This document shows, in pieces, positions 12,560-24,444 of a stretch of 64,000 nt of DNA. The notes beneath the pieces are model-generated. The model did not search any database, was not told where the DNA came from, and worked only from the letters and a program-made list of their open reading frames with translations. The stretch lies in NCBI GenBank assembly GCA_002269645.1, contig NIVC01001426.1, positions 124,001 through 188,000 on the forward strand, given 5' to 3'. How positions within the stretch are numbered: position 1 is the first letter of the stretch; each line of letters starts with the position of its first letter. The stretch is from Macrostomum lignano. Taxonomy: Eukaryota. The position numbers and the translations under genes were made by a program.

Positions 12560-12954
12560 GCAATAGCTATATTAAATTGTCACAGTGTACGACTCTGTGC
12601 ATTGGGTGTAGGCTAACGTGTTGCCGCAGTCGGACTCCCAAACACTACGCAGTTGCTCGTCCAGCCACTGAGGCTTATGTCAAAAGTGATAGACCCATTG
12701 GGCAGATGTGCAGCCGACAGCTCAGCCGCAGCTATTTGCGCGGCGCATCTGAAAGCTGCTGCGTACGGCTGTTCAGTCCAAAGACTGGGGGGTCGCCACA
12801 CACCCTCAATTACCCCAGCTAATGCTGGCACCAAATTTACAGCTGGGTGAACTGAAGCAATGCAGAGTTAAGTGCCGTGCTCAAGGACACAAATGGTTCC
12901 GAGTCTGACCTTATTCAGTATTGAGTCTGACGCTCTAACCATTAGGCTATAACC
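12560..12954 (-). mobile_element. tRNA-derived SINE in the 3' flank of TLR-A (duplicate of 20027-20420)
   Basis: A-box-like TAGCCTAATGG, degenerate B box, then GTGTCCTTGAGCACGGCACTTAACTC...CACCCAGCTGTAAAT typical of metazoan SINE bodies; 3' end approximate. Confidence 0.55.
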
Positions 12955-13045
12955 TTTAGTAGAGATGGTTTGGGATCTTCCAGAAAGTAAAGGTTAGCTC
13001 GCAATTAATTCAAAAATTTTTTTTTCAAAACGATCTCATCCAGCT

Positions 13046-16000
13046 CTAGTCGTCAGACAGAAGCGACTTCGTCCCTGCGGCCTCGGCACCATCAGACTCG
13101 GTCTCGGACTCCTGAGCCCGACGCTCCTGCGACCGTCCCGACACGTCCGCGCCGTCGTACAGCAGCAGTCCCAGCCGGTTCGCGGAGTTGCTGCCGACTC
13201 CGCAGCCGCTGCAGTCTACAATCCGGTCCCGCTTGCACATCCGGTACAGCCGATGCAGCACCTTGCATTCCGGAAATCGCAGCTCGGACTCGCTCAGCTT
13301 CTCCCTCATGACGAGAACGGCCAGAGAGCGGCGGCGCATAAACAGCGACTCGCTGCTCCACTGTGCGCTGTACAGGTTGAGTCTGTTCTCCAGGAAGCCC
13401 CGGCTCAGCACCAGCACGGCGTGTCGGCTCTTGTCGATGGCGGAGGCCGCCTCGTCCAGCATGTTGGACCCGACAGGCGCGTCTCTCTCGGCTTCGTACA
13501 GGCGGAGCCGCAGGTCCGTCTCAAGCTTGAGGACGAGGTCGCCGACCCACTCGGACACCGAGCTGTCCGTCTCGTCGTAGATGAAGCAGGCGCTGCGGAG
13601 GTGGGAGTGGAGTCAGTCAGGTGTGGGATCAGAGCTCAGGGCTGGCTTCATTCAGGAACAATGGCTTAGAAATGTTCAGTAGCAAATTGAGATTTCAAGT
13701 TTACAAAGCCACGAGGGCCAAGCCCCAAGGCACAGAGACTGTGCATGCCTGACCGATTAGAAAGTCAAAGGGCCGCTGTACACCCTGTGTGAGCGTGTGT
13801 GAGTGTTTGCCTGCGTACAGTATTGTGCGATTGTATGTGCTCAGGGAGTCAGTGGAATGGGTAGAATCGCTTCAGCGGTGGTAGTGTGAGGCACAGGGTG
13901 CGCCAACAGCCCGTCGTTCAATTATTGGTATTTATTGAGCTCCACAACTTACTCATATGTCCAGTCGTTCTGCTGCTTCCTGTTCACAATTCCGTTACGA
14001 ATGCCGAAGGCAAGTATTGTGTAGCGCAGCTTCCACCGGTAGCGCAACAGCAGAGCGGTCAGGACAAACACAATCAGCAGGCCACCAATCGATGCGGATA
14101 GAATAAAAATCAGGCGTCGGCTGTAGCAGTCCCACCAGGACAGGCGGAAGTCGATCACTCGCTTGGTAGAGTTCGAGGCTGTGTAGCAGATGGCGTTGAG
14201 CAGCCAATCGCCTTTGCTTTCCAGCTGATATACGGACCACTGCTCTCTGAGCCAATCGGCGAATGGCAGCAGGTTGCACGCGCACCTGAATTGATTGCGA
14301 CCGAGCCTGAGGCGAAGCTTCGGCAGTTTGTCGAATGTTTTTGGATCTATGTTGGCTAGAGGGACCTCCATTAGTTCCAGGTTGCGCAGTGCGGGGGTTG
14401 TTGTGGCAATCAGGTCCACGGGAATGCTTGAGAAGGAATTCCAAGAGACGTCTAGAAGGTTTAAATTTTCAAACTTTCTGTTCAAAATGAATTCAAGTCT
14501 TGCCAGCTGGTTGCCGGAAGCCATTAATGTTTTTAGTGTTGAGAGTTTCGACAGCAGAGCCTTGATAGTTCCATCCGACTGATGGCCAAAGTCGCAGGAG
14601 CTTATGGAGAGACTTTCCAAGCTAGTCAACGGATCAAAGAAGTCACCGCCATGGCACTCTCCGTAATTCAGAAAGTGATCACCAGCTAGGTTAAGTGTTT
14701 TCAGTTTAGAACAGTTTTTAAACCAAGTCTTTCTAAACGGACAGCGTGTGGATCTCAGTTCCACCAGTTTATTCAGGTGCAGCTCGGTAAGATTTGACTG
14801 ATCAACAAATGCATCAGTGAGTGGCTCCGTGTAGCCTGTCTGCGTCAGGCGCAGGGTCTGCAGGCTGGGCAAAATGCCCCGAAACGAAGATGCTTTCAAT
14901 TTCAGTTGTCTATTGTGACTGAGGTCAAGGTAGGTGATTTGACTCAAATTACGGAGCAGGTCCTTAGGCACCCTACTCAATTGATTATTAATTAACCGTA
15001 TGTTTTCTAGTCGAGTCAATTTGTCGAATGCTCGCGGTGGAATGTCCTCGTCCTGCAGGTTGCAGTTCGTAATTGACAGCAGGAACAGCTGAGGACAGTC
15101 GAAGTACTGCTCAGACTGACCAAAGCTCACCGACGAGTGACTTAATGACAATCGACGCAACAGTGGCAGAGCCTTGCACAGTGCGTTGAACTCATCGTAC
15201 GGAAATCCGCGCTTTTTATAGTTAAACTCCAGAGCCAGAGTTCTCACCGCTAGCGGATTCTTGACTTTGGCGATTGCGCGCAGCAGCTGGGGCAGCATGA
15301 TTTCATTTAGTCCAGCGGCAGTTATGGAAATGTCTTTAAGTGTGAAGTTTCGGAATGGCGCGTCTCCGATGCGCGACAGCCGAGTGTTCTGGATGTCCAG
15401 CCTGGTGAAATCGAAGCCACTGAGCTGAGCAGGCGAGTCCAACTCCAACTGGGTGGCGCCATCCGAAATCAGCAGTTCGAGACTGCTCCTGCTAGCCAGA
15501 TTCGTGAATAACAGACTAGAAAATTCCTTATTGGAGTGCGGCAACTTGCCGTGCCAGTGGAACGAGAACGCCGGCGAGCTGGTGTTGAGCACAAATTCTA
15601 ATCGATCGAAGAGCTTTGGCGATCGGATCACGGTGAACTTTTTTAACGCATTCAACTTTAGAAACGATCTCTGTCCGAATCGTGTACCCATTTGTTCTGC
15701 TCCTAGGCTGTCAATTAAAATCTCAGACAGTCCCTTCGGGCAGCAGAATATTTCGGAGAACTCGCCGAGATTCGCAGATAAGTCGTTGTTCCGCAGCGAA
15801 AACGACTTTAGGTTTGGTAAATTCGACAAGACCCGTTTCTCTCTAAACACAAATTTGCACGACGTGCCGATGTACAACTCTTCCAGTCTCCGCCATTGCT
15901 CGTGCCGAAACAGCTCCGATGTGATCTCAACTATCGGCCAAACGGATTCCCTATTGCAGCTGAGTGTTACCATTTTCACTGGACAACTTACAGGATTCAT

Positions 16001-16195
16001 TGAAGCTCCAAGTGCGTCCATGCCAGCCTGACTGAAGCAGTTCTGCATGCCTTTGCACCAGAGTTTTGTGCCGGCATTCCTCAACTCGCAGGAGCATTTC
16101 TCAGGAAAGCTGCAAGGTACCGCGTTGTTGGCGTCCGCTCCCGAAGCCACGAGAAGCAGAAAGCAACTAAAAAGCAGACAAGTTAACCAATTCAT
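13046..16195 (-). CDS. Toll-like receptor A (single cysteine-cluster type), 929 aa; exons 16195-13953, 13592-13046
   Basis: Signal peptide, Cys-rich N-cap, LRRs, LRRCT (NQFRCACNL...W), TM helix; phase-2 intron joins WTY-D-ACFIYD (TIR box 1) and ERDAPVG (box 2). Confidence 0.9.
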
Positions 16196-16935
16196 TCGTC
16201 GCTAAAGTCCAGCCAACAATGTAGCACAGAGTTAGCCTACGGGCAGAAACAGTTTATAAATGCGCGAAGCGATGCTCGATCCGATGAAACAAGTTGTTTA
16301 CGAGTATTACCTCATGTCATGCGTTTTGCGTTAATTTCACCTAAACATATGCGTAGGCAGCGCAACTACTATACTGTTCAAATGCAACCGATTATTGTTT
16401 ATAACTAAGCGTTCATGTTTTCTACCATTTTAAAGTTTCATATCGATTTCTATCAAAGTTGCCATGTTGTTGTGGGCAATTTGGTACAGCACGTGACCGC
16501 GTATGCCAATTTCGAATAAGGCAGGAAGTGCTGCAAGAAGTTTGTAGAAAATCATTAAACAATCGAAACGATTTATAAAAAATCGTCAACTTAGCTGAAA
16601 CCTGACTTTTAAATTGGCCTAGAAGGCTTATTTTTAGTCATCTGTGCCAGCCATATGCAAAGGTAGCTGCGTATAGCTTGTTAAGTAGCGAAGTGCGCAA
16701 TTTATTCTGCTACTGTGGGCCTAAAATTATGCTAGAAATTAGACGCAAATACACATTCTCCCTCGATTAACCTTGAACTAGACGTAAATGTATGCATATA
16801 CATGTCTGCACAGCACCACCGTGTGTCTGCTAATAACGCGAAAGTAATGGCTATAAAAAAGCCAACTTTCTATTCCGACAGCCTTGAAATAAGCGTGAAT
16901 TAAAAAGCCACTAATTTTACTAGGCCAATCGGACA

Positions 16936-19900
16936 ATGTGGCAACTGATTGTGTTGCTTTCAGTTTGCTGCGCCGCTTCGAGCAGAACTTCGCCTGTGCA
17001 GTCTTGCCGCTTCCCAACAAAATGCGACTGCACAATCGAAAGGAAAGATCCCTATCTCATGTGCGTGAAGATGGAGAACTGTCTCAATCAGGCTGACATG
17101 AACGCCATCGCTGCTTCAATCAATCCGAACGTTTGTCCCGTAACCCATTTGAAAATTTCCTGCTCAAAAGAATCCAAAGGCAGGGAAATTGAAATCCAAG
17201 CGGATCTATTCAAGCACTCGAATTGGCAACACCTGAAAGAGCTCACTTTCGGATCTCCGGTTAATTACGTCTTCAAAGAAACAAAGGTTTTAAAACACCT
17301 GAAGAAACTGCGGTACCTGGAGATGCAGTTTATGAACATCGTCACTGACCTTGGTAGACTGTCGGAGACAATGTGCTGCTCCGTCAACTTATCCGAATTG
17401 TACTTTAGAGGTGTCACGATAAAATCACGGGCATCAACTCTTGGTCGGAATTCATTCATTGGCTTTCGGTCTCTTAAAAAGGTGACCATTAATAGCTCTC
17501 CGTCGATGCTGAAGACAATCAAATACCAATTTAATACAACTGCTCCAAGCTTTCAGTTCGAAATTTACGGCAATCTCCCTCATGGAAACTTCTCCAGCAT
17601 CAGCTTGACAAACACTGCTAACCGATCTGGCCTTCATTTGGGCTTGCACGGTGATGATCGTTCATTCCAGCTAGATGCCCCAGCTCAAATCGAAGGGTTC
17701 ACATTGTCCTCATTTTCCATGACTAACTACCATCTGGTGTCTGTCGGTGAGTCACCGTTTGCCGACTTCCAGCTGCAGACGATCGAGATTTCTTCTTCGC
17801 GATTGAATGAGAAGCTGTTGAAGAGGCTGCTGCGAGCTGCAAGCCGAGTCAAGGACCCCGCGCTCTTCAATAAACTCTCCGTCCAGTTCTCCCTGAGCAA
17901 GCCGGGATTCCCGTATGACGACTTCAATCGTCTGTGCGAGTCCTTGCCTTGGATAAGGGAAATATCCATCAGCCACTCACCAATTAGCTTGTCATACCCA
18001 AACAAGCTGCTCAACTGCTCCCAGCTGAGAACACTGTCATTAACCAACACAAAGTTAAATCTGCTGCCACCAAATGTTTTCAGTGGTCTACCCAAACTGA
18101 AAACTTTAGTCCTTACCAACTGCCATCTGTACGAGTTTCCCAAAGAAGCTCTTCGACAAACGCCCAATCTAGAGACGCTAATCATGGAGAAGAACAACAA
18201 CATGGACGTCAAGGCTACCTCACTTCGAGGCATTCTCCCCAACTTGCGCTCTCTGGATTTGTCCTACGCAAGCATATCTGCTGCACTTGTTGATGCTTTC
18301 ATGGATCAGAAGAATCTGACCTACTTAAAGCTAAGCAACCTGCATAACAACGCATGGTGCACTGTCGACAAGACTTGGTTCCGTGGATGCGACAAGCTGA
18401 CGAACCTGGACCTCTCGCAAAACGACATGCTGTCGAAGGCGCTGTGCCATGCAAACGGGTTCCTCGCACCGCTCAGACATCTTCAACACCTCAACTTGAG
18501 AAAGTGTTTAGTCGGCAGACAAACCGATGGAATCATAAAGTCAATGCTGACGAATCTCACCTCACTGAGAACTCTTGACTTGGAAGGAAACGACATCGAT
18601 AAAGTGAAACACATTCTGAGTGTCCGGATGCCCAATCTAACCACCTTGAACCTCGCGAAGAACTCCTTCTCCGAATTTTCGTCAGACCTTTTCATTACGA
18701 GGACACCGAATCTCAAAGTGCTTAAACTTGCCGCCAACCCAATCGTGAGTCTGAGGCCTGCAGCTTTCAATCGAATGCCGGATCTCAGGGTGCTCTTCGG
18801 AGGTAACCAGTTCGTCTGCTCATGCGACTTGGTGAAGTTTACTGACTGGATGAGACAGCAGTACCCGATCTACCAGATTGAGAACAAAGGTTCGTGGCTA
18901 TCCAATGCAATGTGCAACAAGATGCCTAACGGGTCCCATCCAATCAGCAATGTCATGCTGTTGGACTTCCGACTGTCCTGGTGGGACTGCTACAGCAGAC
19001 GGCTGATTGCTGTGTTGTCCTCGGCGATCGGCGGACTGATGGTTGTGTTCGCGGTGAGCAGCGCGGTTTCGAGATACCGCTGGAAGCTCCGGTATGCGCT
19101 GCTAGCGTTCTGCATTCGGCACGGACTCGTGAGAGGGCGGAAGCTGCAGAGCGAATGGACCTACGAGTGAGTTTCGATATTGTGCAAGTAGCTTTCAATG
19201 GAAAAACATTCCCCTTTAGAATGGACTTTATTGGATTTAGGCTAATGTTGAGCTGGTAGATGGTCTGTTCCAAAAACTTTGGTACAACTGAATTGGTAAG
19301 CTCTACGAACTTGGATGATAAAACATGGTAGGTGCGAAGTAAAGCTTTTAGGCTCCTGGACGGTATGGAACCAATGCTTAATTGGCCAGTAATTTGATTG
19401 ATACTTTGATGACCGCCGCAGCGCCTGCTTCATCTACGACGAGACGGACAGCTCGGTGTCCGAATGGGTCGGCGACCTTGTCCTCAAGCTCGAGACGGAC
19501 CTGCGGCTCCGCCTGTACGAAGCCGAGAGAGACGCGCCCGTCGGGTCCAACATGCTGGACGAGGCGGCCTCGGCCATCGACAAGAGCCGACAAGCCGTGC
19601 TGGTGCTGAGCCGGGGCTTCCTGGAGAACAGGCTCAACTTGTACAGCGCACAGTGGAGCAGCGAGTCGCTGTTCATGCGCCGCCGCTCTCTGGCCGTTCT
19701 CGTCATGAGGGAGAAGCTGAGCGAGTCCGAGCTGCGATTTCCGGAATGCAAGGTGCTGCATCGGCTGTACCGGATGTGCAAGCGGGACCGGATTGTAGAC
19801 TGCAGCGGCTGCGGAGTCGGCAGCAACTCCGCGAACCGGCTGGGACTGCTGCTGTACGACGGCGCGGCGTGTCGGGACGGTCGCAGGAGCGTGGTGCCGA

Positions 19901-19971
19901 GGCCGCAGGGACGAAGTCGCTTCTGTCTGACGACTAGAGCTGGATGGATCGTTTTGAAAAAAAATTTTTGA
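16936..19971 (+). CDS. Toll-like receptor B; exons 16936-19166, 19422-19971 (would end at 19937 if a 1-bp deletion near 19868 is an error)
   Basis: Same architecture and intron position as TLR-A; LRRCT NQFVCSCDL; TIR exon nearly identical to A. Confidence 0.9.
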
Positions 19972-20026
19972 ATTAATTGCGAGCTAACCTTTACTTTCTG
20001 GAAGATCCCAAACCATCTCTACTAAA

Positions 20027-20420
20027 GGTTATAGCCTAATGGTTAGAGCGTCAGACTCAATACTGAATAAGGTCAGACTCGGAACAATTTGTGTCCTTGA
20101 GCACGGCACTTAACTCTGCATTGCTTCAGTTCACCCAGCTGTAAATTTGGTGCCAGCATTAGCTGGGGTAATTGAGGGTGTGTGGCGACCCCCCAGTCTT
20201 TGGACTGAACAGCCGTACGCAGCAGCTTTCAGATGCGCCGCGCAAATAGCTGCGGCTGAGCTGTCGGCTGCACATCTGCCCAATGGGTCTATCACTTTTG
20301 ACATAAGCCTCAGTGGCTGGACGAGCAACTGCGTAGTGTTTGGGAGTCCGACTGCGGCAACACGTTAGCCTACACCCAATGCACAGAGTCGTACACTGTG
20401 ACAATTTAATATAGCTATTG
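20027..20420 (+). mobile_element. tRNA-derived SINE in the 3' flank of TLR-B
   Basis: GGTTATAGCCTAATGGTTAGAGCGTCAGACTC tRNA-like head plus SINE-like body; 3' end approximate. Confidence 0.55.
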
Positions 20421-21539
20421 CAGCCAGTTTGAGCTTAGGAGCACTTGACTTAATCCAGAATGGCAGAGCTCAAGACAATTGCTGCCCCCAGTCTATTCCC
20501 CCGTAAAAGTTGACATCTCAGCAATTGAACCAATTGTTACGAGCTAGTACAATGTCATTACAGTAGTACAAAAAGGTTTAATTTTTAAACTGACTACTTT
20601 AAATTGTTGCGACTTTGTAGCTAGCTAATACGCTCGTACGTACTTCATTTGGTTATTAAACTAATAAAAAATGGCTATTACTTTGCTACGAGTAAAGTAA
20701 ATTGTACAAATACCGAAAATTGTACAATTTTTTTAAAACTAGCTATTTTGCGTTACACTACAAGCGTATTTCATCTATTATCGCTGAAATTTCAAAGTTT
20801 TTTACTGCTGACATCGTTTTTGAATGCTTTGACTCGTATGTACATTTTAATAATTATAAAAAGTTGTCTCTTAAAAGAAATTTATCTTTAGGTCAAATCA
20901 TTTCAGTAGCTATCTAATGTAAAATTTAATTTTATCTATTTTTGTAATTAGCTTCTTTGCACAGGTTTATAACTAAAGCTGTTACAAAAATTTGGCCAGT
21001 TAAAATGGTAGGATATATCCACACACATTCCAATTACATGCATGTGTAAAAATTAAAGCAGATAATTATTTATTGATTTTAAAATAATCTCGTAGAATAA
21101 AGGTTATGAAATTAACAAACGTATTGATAGGATTGTCTAATTAGTTAACGATACTAAAAAAAACTATTAAATCAAATTTAATCAGCACCTGAATGCAAAA
21201 ATTGAAACAATATATATTTGAAAAATTTTTAATTTCCCAGAACAATGTTAGATACTTAGCCGATTTTTCGTAAAAAATATTTCTGCCACCAGTTTTGCAA
21301 TTTTCGAATGGGTCAAAACCAATTTTAGAATTAGTTTAGACTCAGTTTAGATTCAAAGTTATTACTAGAAAAGAATTCGTCCGAGGAAAAAAGAAGACAA
21401 CGCGTTTTGCCCTTAAAACAAGATTCTCATGAGTAGTAGCCATATAGTCATGCGACTTCCGTCGAAGAATTGAGCCGTAAGACCTTGCAGGACGTCTATC
21501 TCAACCATCCTGACGCAAAACCGATTTCAATCACCCGAG

Positions 21540-23912
21540 CTAGAGAAGCCACTCGGTCTCGGACTCCTGAGCCCGACGCTCCTGCGACCGTCCCGACACG
21601 GCCGCGCCGTCGTACAGCAGCAGTCCCAGCCGGTTCGCGGAGTTGCTGCTGACTCCGCAGCCGCTGCAGTCTACAATCCGGTCCCGCTTGCACATCCGGT
21701 ACAGCCGATGCAGCACCTTGCATTCCGGAAATCGCAGCTCGGACTCGCTCAGCTTCTCCCTCATGACGAGAACGGCCAGAGAGCGGCGGCGCATGAACAG
21801 CGACTCGCTGCTCCACTGTGCGCTGTACAGGTTGAGTCTGTTCTCCAGGAAGCCCCGGCTCAGCACCAGCACGGCTTGTCGGCTCTTGTCGATGGCCGAG
21901 GCCGCCTCGTCCAACATGTTGGACCCGACGGGCGCGTCTCTCTCGGCTTCGTACAGGCGGAGCCGCAGGTCCGTCTCGAGCTTGAGGACGAGGTCGCCGA
22001 CCCACTCGGACACCGAGCTGTCCGTCTCGTCGTAGATGAAGCAGGCGCTGCGGCGGTCATCAAAGTATCAATCAAATTACTCGCCAATTAAGCATTGGTT
22101 CCATACCGTTCCATAACGTACCAAAGTTTTTGGAACAGACTATCTACCAGCTCAACATTAGCCTAAATCCAATAAATCCGACATTAGCACAATATTTAAA
22201 CTCACTCGTAGGTCCATTCGCTCTGCAGCTTCCGCCCTCTCACGAGTCCGTGCCGAATGCAGAACGCTAGCAGCGCATACCGGAGCTTCCAGCGGTATCT
22301 CGAAACCGCGCTGCTCACCGCGAACACAACCATCAGTCCGCCGATCGCCGAGGACAACACAGCAATCAGCCGTCTGCTGTAGCAGTCCCACCAGGACAGT
22401 CGGAAGTCCAACAGCATGACATTGCTGATTGGATGGGACCCGTTAGGCATCTTGTTGCACATTGCATTGGATAGCCACGAACCTTTGTTCTCAATCTGGT
22501 AGATCGGGTACTGCTGTCTCATCCAGTCAGTAAACTTCACCAAGTCGCATGAGCAGACGAACTGGTTACCTCCGAAGAGCACCCTGAGATCCGGCATTCG
22601 ATTGAAAGCTGCAGGCCTCAGACTCACGATTGGGTTGGCGGCAAGTTTAAGCACTTTGAGATTCGGTGTCCTCGTAATGAAAAGGTCTGACGAAAATTCG
22701 GAGAAGGAGTTCTTCGCGAGGTTCAAGGTGGTTAGATTGGGCATCCGGACACTCAGAATGTGTTTCACTTTATCGATGTCGTTTCCTTCCAAGTCAAGAG
22801 TTCTCAGTGAGGTGAGATTCGTCAGCATTGACTTTATGATTCCATCGGTTTGTCTGCCGACTAAACACTTTCTCAAGTTGAGGTGTTGAAGATGTCTGAG
22901 CGGTGCGAGGAACCCGTTTGCATGGCACAGCGCCTTCGACAGCATGTCGTTTTGCGAGAGGTCCAGGTTCGTCAGCTTGTCGCATCCACGGAACCAAGTC
23001 TTGTCGACAGTGCACCATGCGTTGTTATGCAGGTTGCTTAGCTTTAAGTAGGTCAGAAATCTCGATCGTCTGCAGCTGGAAGTCGGCAAACGGTGACTCA
23101 CCGACAGACACCAGATGGTAGTTAGTCATGGAAAATGTGGACAATGTGAACCCTTCGATTTGAGCTGGGGCATCTAGCTGGAATGAACGATCATCACCGT
23201 GCAAGCCCAAATGAAGGCCAGATCGGTTAGCAGTGTTTGTCAAGCTGATGCTGGAGAAGTTTCCATGAGGGAGATTGCCGTAAATTTCGAACTGAAAGCT
23301 TGGAGCAGTTGTATTAAACTGGTATTTGATTGTCTTCACCATCGACGGAGAGCTATTAATGGTCACCTTTTTAAGAGACCGAAAGCCAATGAATGAATTC
23401 CGACCAAGAGTTGATGCCCGTGATTTTATCGTGACACCTCTAAAGTGCAATTCCGATAAGTTGACGGAGCAGCACATTGTCTCCGACAGTCTACCAAGGT
23501 CAGTGACGATGTTCATAAACTGCATCTCCAGGTACCGCAGTTTCTTCAGGTGTTTTAAAACCTTTGTTTCTTTGAAGACGTAATTAACCGGAGATCCGAA
23601 AGTGAGCTCTTTCAGGTGTTGCCAATTCGAGTGCTTGAATAGATCCGCTTGGATTTCAATTTCCCTGCCTTTGGATTCTTTTGAGCAGGAAATTTTCAAA
23701 TGGGTTACGGGACAAACGTTCGGATTGATTGAAGCAGCGATGGCGTTCATGTCAGCCTGATTGAGACAGTTCTCCATCTTCACGCACATGAGATAGGGAT
23801 CTTTCCTTTCGATTGTGCAGTCGCATTTTGTTGGGAAGCGGCAAGACTGCACAGGCGAAGTTCTGCTCGAAACGGCGCAGCAAACTGAAAGCAACAAAAT
23901 CAGTTGCCGCAT
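21540..23912 (-). pseudogene. Toll-like receptor C: inverted copy of TLR-B with a 524-bp frameshifting deletion; segments 23912-22206, 22047-21540
   Basis: Near-identical to B except that B 17794-18317 is missing (junction GAGATTTCT/GACCTAC, TCT microhomology); first ORF stops after 295 aa. Confidence 0.85.
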
Positions 23913-24444
23913 TGTCCGATTGTCTTATTAAGTCAGGGTTGCTTAAAAAATCGGTAAGTTTTACAAACTAATGCTCTACCAAGCAGAAACAGAGACAACT
24001 GCTTGCATCTTGCTAACTGTAACTTTGGGGCACCTGGCAGGTTCCAGGTGCGCGAAAGCCTATTTATGCGTCAGATGTAAATCAGCGGAAGTTCGCTGCT
24101 TCTATATCTAAACACTCTCATGCGATGCATTGAAGAGAGGTGTAGCTTCACCTTTTTTGTCACGCTGAAGTTTCTAGCCAAGATAAAAGCTTAATTCATT
24201 GTGCCCCCAAGTTGCTATGTTAAGATACGAGCCCTATGTTTATATTCACTGCATAGATCGCCTGGATCTCTGTACTTTATCAAATCTGACTTTCATTTGG
24301 TTTTCATTATATTTTTCGTAATCATCAATTAATATATGTAATTTACAGTATCTTTTCATAATTTATCAGAAACTTAAGTTAGAGGGACAGTAAGTGTAAT
24401 AGCGAATAGCTAGGTGATACATTTAAAACTTATTTAGAACAGCA

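Noticed and set aside
20027-20100. tRNA gene
   Set aside because: Only a degenerate tRNA-like head without a proper T-arm or acceptor stem, continuing into a SINE body
21540-23912. TLR-C as a fold-back read artefact
   Set aside because: It has private SNPs, two intron indels, a different tail and different upstream DNA
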